This document shows, piece by piece, positions 1 through 8,024 of a stretch of 32,000 bases of DNA. This stretch comes from an uncultured Lachnospiraceae bacterium (GTDB taxonomy: Bacteria > Bacillota > Clostridia > Lachnospirales > Lachnospiraceae): the NCBI GenBank assembly GCA_910579865.1, contig CAJTXA010000001.1, positions 161,852 to 193,851 on the forward strand, written 5' to 3'. The translations under genes were made by a program, and so were the position numbers. The notes under the pieces are model-generated. The model saw nothing but the letters and a program-made list of their open reading frames with translations, was not told the DNA's origin and did no database searches. Each line of letters begins with the position of its first letter. Position 1 is the first letter of the stretch.

Positions 1-715
1 TCTTCTGATATACTAAAAAAGTAATCGTTAATAAAATTCCTACTATTCCAAGCATAATATAAAGAAAATTTTCATAATCTTCTTTTAAAAGTATCATACA
101 AACAATATAAAAGACAATACTAATTCCAAGCAGTACAACCGCCCATTCAACTGCTTTTTTTGCAACTGTTTTTTTTGACTGCAATTCATCTTTTTCATAA
201 CGAATCGATGTCTTTTCTGCTTCTAAATGCCGCATATCTTGCTCTAATACATGTGCATACTTCTCTTCTTCATCTAGTTGAGCCATCATCGGACGAATTG
301 ATTCTCCATATTCTTCCATTTTTTGGTACTGCTTTTCACTAATCTTGCTTTCTGTACTTTGAAATTTCTTTCGCTCTTTATTAATCTCATCAATCCGTGT
401 TGCAGCATCTAACAGTTCTTGGCGATCTTTTTCCTGAATTTCTTCAATTTTTACAACATCATTCAATACACTTCCAATCCTTGCATATTCTTCTTTTAAC
501 TCAGAAAGTTGCCTTTTTGCTACTTTTTTCTGCTCATTTAAATGTTTAATATATTCAAAACATTCCTCCTCACTCTCCAATCGATAGGCTTTTTGTATTT
601 CTAGTTTTGCATAACCAGTTTTGTTTTCACCATCAGCACCTAGATATTCCTGAATTGTCGGTTTTCCCTCCAAAGAAGCCTTTTTTCTTTTAAAAAGTTT
701 TTTCCAAAATCCCAT
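1..715 (-). CDS. hypothetical coiled-coil membrane protein (partial; 3' end runs off the window)
   Basis: Manual minus-strand translation from the ATG at 713-715 gives MGFWKKLFKRKKASLEGKPTIQEYLGADGENKTGYAKLEIQKAYRLESEEE.... It stays open for 238 codons down to position 2. It is absent from the ORF track because there is no stop in the window. A long K/E/Q-rich helical (coiled-coil-like) region is followed by two hydrophobic helices (WAVVLLGISIVFYIVCMILL and LYIMLGIVGILLTITFLVY). The start is 6 nt after the stop of the upstream gene. Confidence 0.7.
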   Translation of the reverse strand, partial: MGFWKKLFKRKKASLEGKPTIQEYLGADGENKTGYAKLEIQKAYRLESEEECFEYIKHLNEQKKVAKRQLSELKEEYARIGSVLNDVVKIEEIQEKDRQELLDAATRIDEINKERKKFQSTESKISEKQYQKMEEYGESIRPMMAQLDEEEKYAHVLEQDMRHLEAEKTSIRYEKDELQSKKTVAKKAVEWAVVLLGISIVFYIVCMILLKEDYENFLYIMLGIVGILLTITFLVYQK

Positions 716-721
716 ATTTCA

Positions 722-2866
722 TCAACCTTCCATCTCATACCGATACTCTTCCATCCATTCTTGCAGTTGCTTTTTTGCATACTCCTCAAACTGACCTAGT
801 TTTCCTTGTCTGCGACAACTCAACGCTTCCGCTGCCAAATAATTTCTATCATCTTGTATTGCTTCCTCTTCTTGTTTTTGCCACTCTCTTTCCCATTGTA
901 TGACCTGCTCTTTTTTTGTCTTTTTCTTCCACTCGGTATAGTCTACCTCCATACCAGCCATTTGCAATGTAAGTAAAAGTTTTTTTAAAATCTCATCCTG
1001 CGGCATATACTCGTATGCCTGTTTTAAAAATTCAGATGCTTCTTCAAAATAAAACAGTTCCATATAAAGTACACCAATATTGTGATATACCATACCAAAA
1101 AATTCCCTTGATTCCCCAGAAGCAGCTTCTAACTTTAATAATAATTGATACTGATTTCTAGCCTGAACATATTGTCGTTCCGTCAAATACATATCTCCTA
1201 ACAGCTTCAATCGTTCTTCCCTGCTTTGTGTTCCAAAATAAGCTAATTTCTCTTTCATCCTTTTCCACTCTACTCCCCTATAATAACCTGTACTCTCCAT
1301 CACAATTGTAATTAGCTCCCCTAGTGGAGCTTTTTTCTTTTTCGCATATTCTAACTTATCTGCCAAAAGATTCATTTCCAAATTATTTCTGATAAAATCC
1401 ATTAATTTTTGACTAAAAAATGTTTCTTCTAATAGATAATTATTATGATAAAGAAAATAACAAAGTTCATCAATTGAATACAATGCCTGTCTACTTTCTT
1501 CTATTTCAAATGGATAACGACTTCTTTTGCTGCCGCACAAAAGAAACCGACCAGTTGCTTCTGGTTCTTCTTTTTCTACAATACCTGAAAGAAGTTCCTC
1601 CACTTTTAGCTTTTTTTGAATTACAGTTCCACTACTTTCTGCATACTGTCCAAATCCTAAATCTGTAGCTTGAAGAATTGCTTCTTCTTCGGATAGAAAA
1701 GAAAGCGACACTTCCACTCGGGTCATTCTTGGTTCCCGATAAGGAAATTCAGAAAGCGGAAGCCGATACTCTAATTTCCCTAAAACTCCCTGCCTTGTAA
1801 TTACAAAAGAAAGCTCTGTAATCTCATCTAAAATTCCTTCTATCTGTGCTTTTGCATGATACCAATATTTTCCCTCTTTTACCAAATTCAGCAGCTTTTT
1901 CTCTTCTCGATAAAAAACACAAATTCCAATACTAACGGAAATGCAGCCTTTCATTCGCATTGTAACAGAATCCATCAACCGTCCAGTAATATGATCAAAT
2001 GCACTTAAACTGGCTCCTTTTGTATATAAATTCATCCCTAAAAATACACGTTTCCTGCTGCAAAGATATTTGAACGTCCGAACAGCCCAATTTTCTTTTT
2101 GGCAAAACCCTTCTCCTATCAGATAGACACAACTGACAGGAGGCCTTACAATCTGCTGCATGAGCAATTCCAAAAAACTTTGATCTGCCTGCTGCCTGCC
2201 TTCCTCTGATTCTAATAAAGAAATTGGAAACAATTCCGAATAATCAATTTCTTCCATTTCTAAAATAATCTTCTCTGCTTTTTGATTTCGATGCAGTTTT
2301 TTCATAATAAAATGTTCCTGTGAAAAATCAAAAAACAACACATCCTGCTTCCAAAGCTCCTTTGGTCTGCTTAATGCATAACAGGCAGCACTTTCTTGCT
2401 CACTCATAGCAAAAATACAATTTTCTTTTATTCCAAGCCGCATCAGACAACGAAATAAAACATCCAATAAAAGGCCATTCTGCTCCCAAAGAGAAATCGC
2501 AACTGCATCTACTTCCCGTCCAATCATCTCCACTCCCGGAATAAAAAGCAGAGTTTCTCTAAGAAAAATTTCAAGCAATTCTTCTGCCGAATATCCATCT
2601 AATACTTCCATTTCCTGATGAAGAACACGCAAAATAAGCTGATCTACTACGATACCTGTCTGTTCAAACTGTGCTGTCAATGCCTCCTCTCCAACTACCC
2701 ATCCCTGTTCCGTCTTAGCTACCAGACAGGGAATTTCATAATCAATTTGGCTGGCAAGAGGACTGACTGACTCCGCATCTTCTCGATCTTCAATATAAAA
2801 GCTAAGTTGTACCTTATTTTTTTGGATATCATAACCTGCTACCAGTTTCTTTTCCAACTTCTCCAC
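722..2866 (-). CDS. uncharacterised Hsp70/actin-fold-like protein with degenerate nucleotide-binding motifs and a C-terminal TPR-like region (possibly Pfam DUF5716, from memory)
   Basis: 714-aa ORF. The N-terminal ~290 aa are collinear with the DnaK NBD. An SBD-beta-like segment includes RVEVSLSFLSEEEAILQATDLGFG. The C-terminal helical repeats include ARNQYQLLLKLEAASGESREFFGMVYHNIGVLYMELFYFEEASEFLKQAYEY. The GTG start at 2864-2866 is 1 nt after the upstream stop, and a TTG 9 nt further in is an alternative start. Confidence 0.85.
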   Translation of the reverse strand: MEKLEKKLVAGYDIQKNKVQLSFYIEDREDAESVSPLASQIDYEIPCLVAKTEQGWVVGEEALTAQFEQTGIVVDQLILRVLHQEMEVLDGYSAEELLEIFLRETLLFIPGVEMIGREVDAVAISLWEQNGLLLDVLFRCLMRLGIKENCIFAMSEQESAACYALSRPKELWKQDVLFFDFSQEHFIMKKLHRNQKAEKIILEMEEIDYSELFPISLLESEEGRQQADQSFLELLMQQIVRPPVSCVYLIGEGFCQKENWAVRTFKYLCSRKRVFLGMNLYTKGASLSAFDHITGRLMDSVTMRMKGCISVSIGICVFYREEKKLLNLVKEGKYWYHAKAQIEGILDEITELSFVITRQGVLGKLEYRLPLSEFPYREPRMTRVEVSLSFLSEEEAILQATDLGFGQYAESSGTVIQKKLKVEELLSGIVEKEEPEATGRFLLCGSKRSRYPFEIEESRQALYSIDELCYFLYHNNYLLEETFFSQKLMDFIRNNLEMNLLADKLEYAKKKKAPLGELITIVMESTGYYRGVEWKRMKEKLAYFGTQSREERLKLLGDMYLTERQYVQARNQYQLLLKLEAASGESREFFGMVYHNIGVLYMELFYFEEASEFLKQAYEYMPQDEILKKLLLTLQMAGMEVDYTEWKKKTKKEQVIQWEREWQKQEEEAIQDDRNYLAAEALSCRRQGKLGQFEEYAKKQLQEWMEEYRYEMEG

Positions 2867-2867
2867 C

Positions 2868-5800
2868 TCACATTAGTGTACTGTTCTTCTCAACCAGTTT
2901 CTGTTTCCTTAAATAAAGCTCCATCTGCTCTGCTAATGTTTGCTCATCTTGCATTTCAATAGAAGCACACATATCATTTAAAATATCATATCGGCTCTCT
3001 CCATAGACGCTGTTCCAATGATGAATTTGAATTACATCGCTTTCATTCAAACCACTCTCTCCCTCTTTTTCTTCCGAAATATAATACTGCAATTTCTCTC
3101 CATAAAACAAAATCATCTGTTTTCCATAAATTCCTTCATAGATATGTTCCATCTTTTCCATACGATACTTAAGCCGTTCTTTCTTTTCTACATCCAGACT
3201 ATAGTGCAGATATACTTTACTACCTGGTTCTGTTCGATATTCCAAAATTGTTTTATCCCGTAAAGCAAATGGCAAAATAATTCGTTCTGCTAAACTTTGA
3301 TAAAAAGAGAAATACGTGCCATTTAAAGAAAGCAATTCTAAAATCTGTCCTGCTATCTCTTTTTCTACCTCTGTATTTTTTTCTTTTCCTGCTAACCAAG
3401 AAAGAAGTGCCATTTGGCAAATTGGAAGAAGTGTCTTTTGTAACTGATATTCTCGTATCAAATATTGAAAAATCTTTTCATCAATTACAATATCTTGTAC
3501 AAAATACAGATAAGACTGCCAAGCAAGATATGCCTCCTTTACCATCTGATTTCTGCCATCCTTATAATAAGATGAAAAAATTTCTGGCATAAGCACAGCT
3601 TTTGTAAACAATGCTTGTACTAAAATTCGTTCTTCTAACTCTGTTGTATCCATCTCAAAATCAATTGCTGATTTCCAAAGATGGCACATTTCTTTTGTTG
3701 TATTATTATAATATTGTACCAAATATTTTAAAATAGTTTCTTCATATTTTCCTTTTTGATAAACACTTGCACATAATTTTACTAGCTTCTCATTTTCTGC
3801 CATCTGTAATTGATGAATCTGATGAATACAAAGACGCAATAAACGATTGGAAGTAATCCCTTCAAATCCATACTTTTCTATCATTTCCCATGCCTCTTCA
3901 TACCGATTGCGAATAATAAAAAGTTCAATCACCTGTCTACTCTCTCTTATCTCAAGTGATTCCTTATAGACCGAATCTAAATATTGTTCTAACTGTTCTC
4001 CTTCATAATTTTCCATATAGTAATCCAAAATATGTTGGATAATCTCACTTTGATAGGCTTTTTTCAAAAGTGGAAAACTCATTGTTTCTTTAAAAAATCC
4101 CATTCTATCATTTTCTTCTGCTAAATATCCTGCTTCATGTTCCCCCATATAAAGCCATAGCCAAACATCCCCATTTACTAAATTTTTACAATCCTTTATC
4201 AGCCCTTTTTCTTCTATTAAATCCTCAATCTGATACTTTGTATGATTTAAAAAACGTCTCCCTTTTCTATCTTCAAATACAATCACACAATCTGAGGTAT
4301 ATACTGGAAAATAAACCTCTCCCTGTTCTAAAGGCAATTTCCATTCACAGTCCATCTCTTTATGCCGAACAATTACAAAGCTCACCTTTTGATCCCAACA
4401 TTGTAATCGTTTCGTAAGAAGAATGGCTGGCAATTTTTCTGCAACTGCTTCATCTAAAATTGCCGATGAAAGAATCCCCCGATAAATACAAGCTAATTTT
4501 TTACTAATATGTCCTTTTTTTAACTGTTCTTCTGCAAACTGTTCAATGGCTGGCAAATAATTTCGCAACATAACTGGATTTTCTGCACCATAAGAAACAA
4601 TATTACTATAAAGCAGTTCTTTTCGTTCTTCATCTAATGCCTGATCATAGATAAAGTATAATTGAATTGACTTTGGCAGCTCCCCTTGAAATGTATAAGG
4701 AAGTGTATTCATATATGCTTCATATAATCCTGTCATTGTAATTTGCCGCTGCACTCCCTCTTGAAACCAAATAAAATTTTTTTGTTCTAAACGAAAATTT
4801 CGAATTAATTGTGATAACAATGCCTCTAATGCAGTTTTACTTCGATAACTTTGATAAATAACTTTTAAAATCTGAACCAAAAGCGGCTGATAGCTTTGTT
4901 CTGCTAATGCCTGATCTGCAATCTGCAAAGCTGCTTTTTCATTTAATATCCCACGTGAAATTCCCCACCATGCTGTTCGAAGTTCAAATCGATCCAATAC
5001 TCGAATTAATGTAGGCAGTTCATTCATAATCATACATGCTTCATAATACAAAAATGAACTATTGCTTCCTGTAAAAGACTGTTCTTTAATCTTTGTTAAA
5101 CGAAGACTTTTATTTATGGCACATTCTTCATCTAAATACAAAATTACCCACAACATCCTGCCATCTTTGGGATATTTTTCATATAATTCCTTTACTTGTA
5201 TTGCCGCATCTTTTGCAAATAAACTATCCCTTGTTAAAAGTGTATAAACATAGAGATAATAGCTATATAAAAATGGCTCTTCTTCCCGACTTGAAGTAAT
5301 CCACTCTGCTATCACTGACAATTTCTTTGCGGCTTCTTGATTGCGCCGCATTGTAATCCATACTTGTATTTCTAATAGTTGAATAAAAATATCTTTTGAC
5401 TGTAATTGTTTCATTTTAGAAATGGTTTCTAAAGAATCCCGACACCAGATATCCGTTGTAATTTCATGTAACCGAAATGCAAAATAAAGTTTGGCAAGCC
5501 GACAAATTCCTTTTTTCCACTCTAATGTACAATTCTCTTTTTCTACATAGCGATAGACCAAAAGCTCATATTCTAAACTTTGATAAGGCGTTTCGATATA
5601 AATTTTTCCAAGATTATACCCAGCATGTATCTTACTTTCTTCAATCTGATAAGACAAGGTAAAACTATTTCCAGCGAATTCTTCTGTTGTAAACTGACTT
5701 CGTTCCAAAAGAATAAAATCCCCATCGGTATAAACCTCAATTTCCATATATCCCCAAGTATCTTTTTTTATCTCCAACTGATCCCCTATTGTCTGTGTAA

Positions 5801-6413
5801 AATCCAAATACTCTTGCCGATCTTGTTCTAATAATAATACAATACGACTTTTCTTATTTACACAAACAAGGAATTCCTCCATTGCTGTATTTGGAGAAAT
5901 CCCATAGCATAATGTTTCATATATTGTCTGTTCTCTAGGTAGCCCTGCTAATAATACTCTGGAAAATTCAGGAGAAAAGAATAATGTCAATGCTTCTTCA
6001 TAATGATTTTTAACCAGATTTGTAAAATGAAACAAATTTTTTATCTTTCCCATAGAACTATTGATATACATTTCTTCTACAATAATCTCATATGGAATTG
6101 CTAATTCTCCCGCATCAGAAACAACTTGAATCAATCCTTTTAACCGTTTTCCTGGTTTTATCCCTCTTGCATGTGCTTCATAATGAATCGTTGTATGTTT
6201 TCCAATAAAGCTACTTTCTTTTAGCACTAGATAAGCACTGTCAGAATAAAGTAACCCACGAGCATCAATTCCATTTTGACTATCAATTGAAAAATTTCCC
6301 AATAAAATTCCTTCTGTCGGAAGTAAAATCTGAATGATTTCTACAGAAACAGTTAGTTCTGGAATGGTTTTATCAAATATTCCTTTTGCCAGTTTGCTTA
6401 TCTTTGTCCTCAT
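2868..6413 (-). CDS. uncharacterised 1181-aa protein with apparent beta-rich modules and helical repeats (possibly Pfam DUF5717, from memory)
   Basis: Long uninterrupted ORF. The ATG at 6411-6413 is preceded by AGGCGG about 8 nt upstream. The N-terminal ~110 aa look beta-rich (GNFSIDSQNGIDARGLLYSDS...GLIQVVSDAGELAIPYEIIVEE). Further beta-rich segments lie near aa 205-290, 680-730 and 1060-1130, separated by long helical stretches. I found no Walker A, HD, HxxH or other catalytic motif. Confidence 0.9.
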   Translation of the reverse strand: MRTKISKLAKGIFDKTIPELTVSVEIIQILLPTEGILLGNFSIDSQNGIDARGLLYSDSAYLVLKESSFIGKHTTIHYEAHARGIKPGKRLKGLIQVVSDAGELAIPYEIIVEEMYINSSMGKIKNLFHFTNLVKNHYEEALTLFFSPEFSRVLLAGLPREQTIYETLCYGISPNTAMEEFLVCVNKKSRIVLLLEQDRQEYLDFTQTIGDQLEIKKDTWGYMEIEVYTDGDFILLERSQFTTEEFAGNSFTLSYQIEESKIHAGYNLGKIYIETPYQSLEYELLVYRYVEKENCTLEWKKGICRLAKLYFAFRLHEITTDIWCRDSLETISKMKQLQSKDIFIQLLEIQVWITMRRNQEAAKKLSVIAEWITSSREEEPFLYSYYLYVYTLLTRDSLFAKDAAIQVKELYEKYPKDGRMLWVILYLDEECAINKSLRLTKIKEQSFTGSNSSFLYYEACMIMNELPTLIRVLDRFELRTAWWGISRGILNEKAALQIADQALAEQSYQPLLVQILKVIYQSYRSKTALEALLSQLIRNFRLEQKNFIWFQEGVQRQITMTGLYEAYMNTLPYTFQGELPKSIQLYFIYDQALDEERKELLYSNIVSYGAENPVMLRNYLPAIEQFAEEQLKKGHISKKLACIYRGILSSAILDEAVAEKLPAILLTKRLQCWDQKVSFVIVRHKEMDCEWKLPLEQGEVYFPVYTSDCVIVFEDRKGRRFLNHTKYQIEDLIEEKGLIKDCKNLVNGDVWLWLYMGEHEAGYLAEENDRMGFFKETMSFPLLKKAYQSEIIQHILDYYMENYEGEQLEQYLDSVYKESLEIRESRQVIELFIIRNRYEEAWEMIEKYGFEGITSNRLLRLCIHQIHQLQMAENEKLVKLCASVYQKGKYEETILKYLVQYYNNTTKEMCHLWKSAIDFEMDTTELEERILVQALFTKAVLMPEIFSSYYKDGRNQMVKEAYLAWQSYLYFVQDIVIDEKIFQYLIREYQLQKTLLPICQMALLSWLAGKEKNTEVEKEIAGQILELLSLNGTYFSFYQSLAERIILPFALRDKTILEYRTEPGSKVYLHYSLDVEKKERLKYRMEKMEHIYEGIYGKQMILFYGEKLQYYISEEKEGESGLNESDVIQIHHWNSVYGESRYDILNDMCASIEMQDEQTLAEQMELYLRKQKLVEKNSTLM

Positions 6414-6447
6414 ATGTTTTACCGCCTGTTTCGATTTTTATTAGGCT

Positions 6448-6477
6448 ATTATACCACGATCCCCCTTCTTACGGCAA
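6448..6477 (-). promoter_or_regulatory. sigma-A-type promoter with extended -10 for the three-gene operon
   Basis: The minus strand reads TTGCCG, then an 18-nt spacer ending in TGG, then TATAAT (the TGnTATAAT form). It lies about 30 nt upstream of the ATG at 6413 and only 8 nt downstream of the xer stop codon. Confidence 0.55.
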
Positions 6478-6484
6478 GCAGTTC

Positions 6485-7315
6485 TTACAAATACATCTGT
6501 GTGGTCTGTATATCAGAATGTCCCATCATCTGCTGTACCACATGAATATTCGTTCCATTTTCAATTAAATGAGCTGCAAAAGAATGGCGTAGTGTATGAG
6601 GTGTAATCTCTTTTTTAATTCCTGCCTGATTTCCATATTGTTTCATTAATTTCCAAAATCCCTGCCGACTCATCGCTTCTCCAGAACAATTAATAAAAAA
6701 ATAATCCGATTCTCTCCCTTTTAACAATTCTGTTCGTGCATGTTTCAAATATTCCTCTAATGCCTGTTTCGCCTTTTTATGAAAAGATACAATTCGTTCC
6801 TTTTCTCCTTGTCGTAAAACACAAAACCCCAACTGCATATTAATGTCCATCATAGTAAGTCTTAACAACTCAGAAACCCGTATTCCGGTTGCATACAAAA
6901 GTTCTAACATTGCTCTGTCACGAATTCCTTTTTTATTTTCTTTGGATGGTTGTTCTAACAAATAATTTACCTCTTCCACTGTCAATATTTCAGGCAGCTT
7001 CCGTTCTACTTTTGGTGCCTTTAAATTCCAAGAAGGATCGTTTCGAATGATCTCTTTGTAATATAAATAATGAAAAAATGACTTAATTGATGCAATATTT
7101 CTTGAAATAGAAGATGCTGCACTCTGACTTTTCTCTAAATAAAGTACATAGGCATTTAGCCAAGTTTCTGTTACCTCCTCTACTTTTTGAATATCCTGTC
7201 CCTTTAAATAAAGTTCTAACTTCTTTAAATCTCTTTTATAAGAAATCTCTGTATTTGAAGATGCATGTTTTTCTTGTAATAGATATGCAGAAAACTGCTC
7301 AATTTCCCTCTCCAT
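6485..7315 (-). CDS. xerD: tyrosine site-specific recombinase, XerD/XerC family (short C-terminus)
   Basis: SAM-like N-domain (SNTEISYKRDLKKLELYL). Catalytic set present: ATGIRVSEL (Arg), HTLRHSFAAHL (HxxR), MGHSD (His) and TTQMY (Tyr). I prefer the start at M27 of the track ORF (MEREIEQFSAYLL, GTGGAGG just upstream). The longer track start overlaps the upstream gene and has no RBS. Synteny with spoIIM and nudF resembles the B. subtilis ripX region. Confidence 0.75.
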   Translation of the reverse strand: MEREIEQFSAYLLQEKHASSNTEISYKRDLKKLELYLKGQDIQKVEEVTETWLNAYVLYLEKSQSAASSISRNIASIKSFFHYLYYKEIIRNDPSWNLKAPKVERKLPEILTVEEVNYLLEQPSKENKKGIRDRAMLELLYATGIRVSELLRLTMMDINMQLGFCVLRQGEKERIVSFHKKAKQALEEYLKHARTELLKGRESDYFFINCSGEAMSRQGFWKLMKQYGNQAGIKKEITPHTLRHSFAAHLIENGTNIHVVQQMMGHSDIQTTQMYL

Positions 7316-7367
7316 ATAGCCTCCACTCTGCCCTATTCTTCTTTTTAAACCGTTTTTCTTATATTCA

Positions 7368-7943
7368 TTATCGGACAAGTGTAATAAATTCATAATACTT
7401 TTGTAAAATTGCTGTATTAAAATAAGCCTCCACTATTACACCAATAAAAAAAATTAACAAAATTTTGAAAGCTAAAACTCCTTTTCTCTCTTTTCTTACA
7501 AATCCTTGCATCCCTTTCCAATCCAATCCATAGAAAAAATAGTGTGGAAATAAAAGTAAAATAAACTCTAAAACACCAAGTATTCCTCTTTGATGACACA
7601 GAGCAGATTGTAAAATTCCTGCTGATAACCCATAATAAAGTGCAAAGAAAAAACGAACTTGTTTTTGAAAACGTGTCATCTCACAAAACCACAATAACAA
7701 AAATCGCTTCCCTCGTCTTTCTAAAATATACCATAGTAATCTACCATGCAAAATTTTAACCTGCTGATAGCCCATCTGTGACAAATTCATCGCAATTAAA
7801 AACTGTTCGGTATAACGTCCTCCATGAAAATTAAAAATCAACGTACCTGCTAAAATTCCTACTAAAAACCAAATTGCATAGATTCCCTCACTTTTTTGCA
7901 AAGCTGTATATGGAATTTGTTTTCTTTTTTCCACTGCTTCCAT
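7368..7943 (-). CDS. spoIIM: polytopic membrane protein, stage II sporulation protein M-like
   Basis: 191 aa with 4-5 hydrophobic helices. Its position between a NUDIX gene and the xer gene matches the B. subtilis nudF-spoIIM-xerD neighbourhood. The family call rests on topology and synteny, not on a search. Confidence 0.5.
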   Translation of the reverse strand: MEAVEKRKQIPYTALQKSEGIYAIWFLVGILAGTLIFNFHGGRYTEQFLIAMNLSQMGYQQVKILHGRLLWYILERRGKRFLLLWFCEMTRFQKQVRFFFALYYGLSAGILQSALCHQRGILGVLEFILLLFPHYFFYGLDWKGMQGFVRKERKGVLAFKILLIFFIGVIVEAYFNTAILQKYYEFITLVR

Positions 7944-8024
7944 ATTCTTAAACCTTCTTTTTTCTTTTACTAGGATATATGTTAGCTTGTACGCATCTAT
8001 TCCTATATTTTCTTTCTATTCTTT

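Noticed and set aside
160-342. The 60-aa plus-strand ORF, together with the other short plus-strand ORFs inside the first three minus-strand genes (1420-1668, 3018-3263, 3407-3592, 5062-5299, 5477-5831, 6386-6568).
   Set aside because: They lie antisense to long ORFs with coherent domain structure. They are F/L/I/S-rich, as expected for the shadow frame of AT-rich coding DNA, and they lack RBSs.
6414-6484. Possible dif-like Xer target near the xer gene. I also looked in the 16048-16366 AT-rich spacer.
   Set aside because: I could find nothing resembling the Firmicute dif core (two 11-nt arms around a 6-nt spacer, ACTTCCTAGAA...TATGTAAACT-like). The 6414-6484 spacer is fully explained by a promoter and an RBS.
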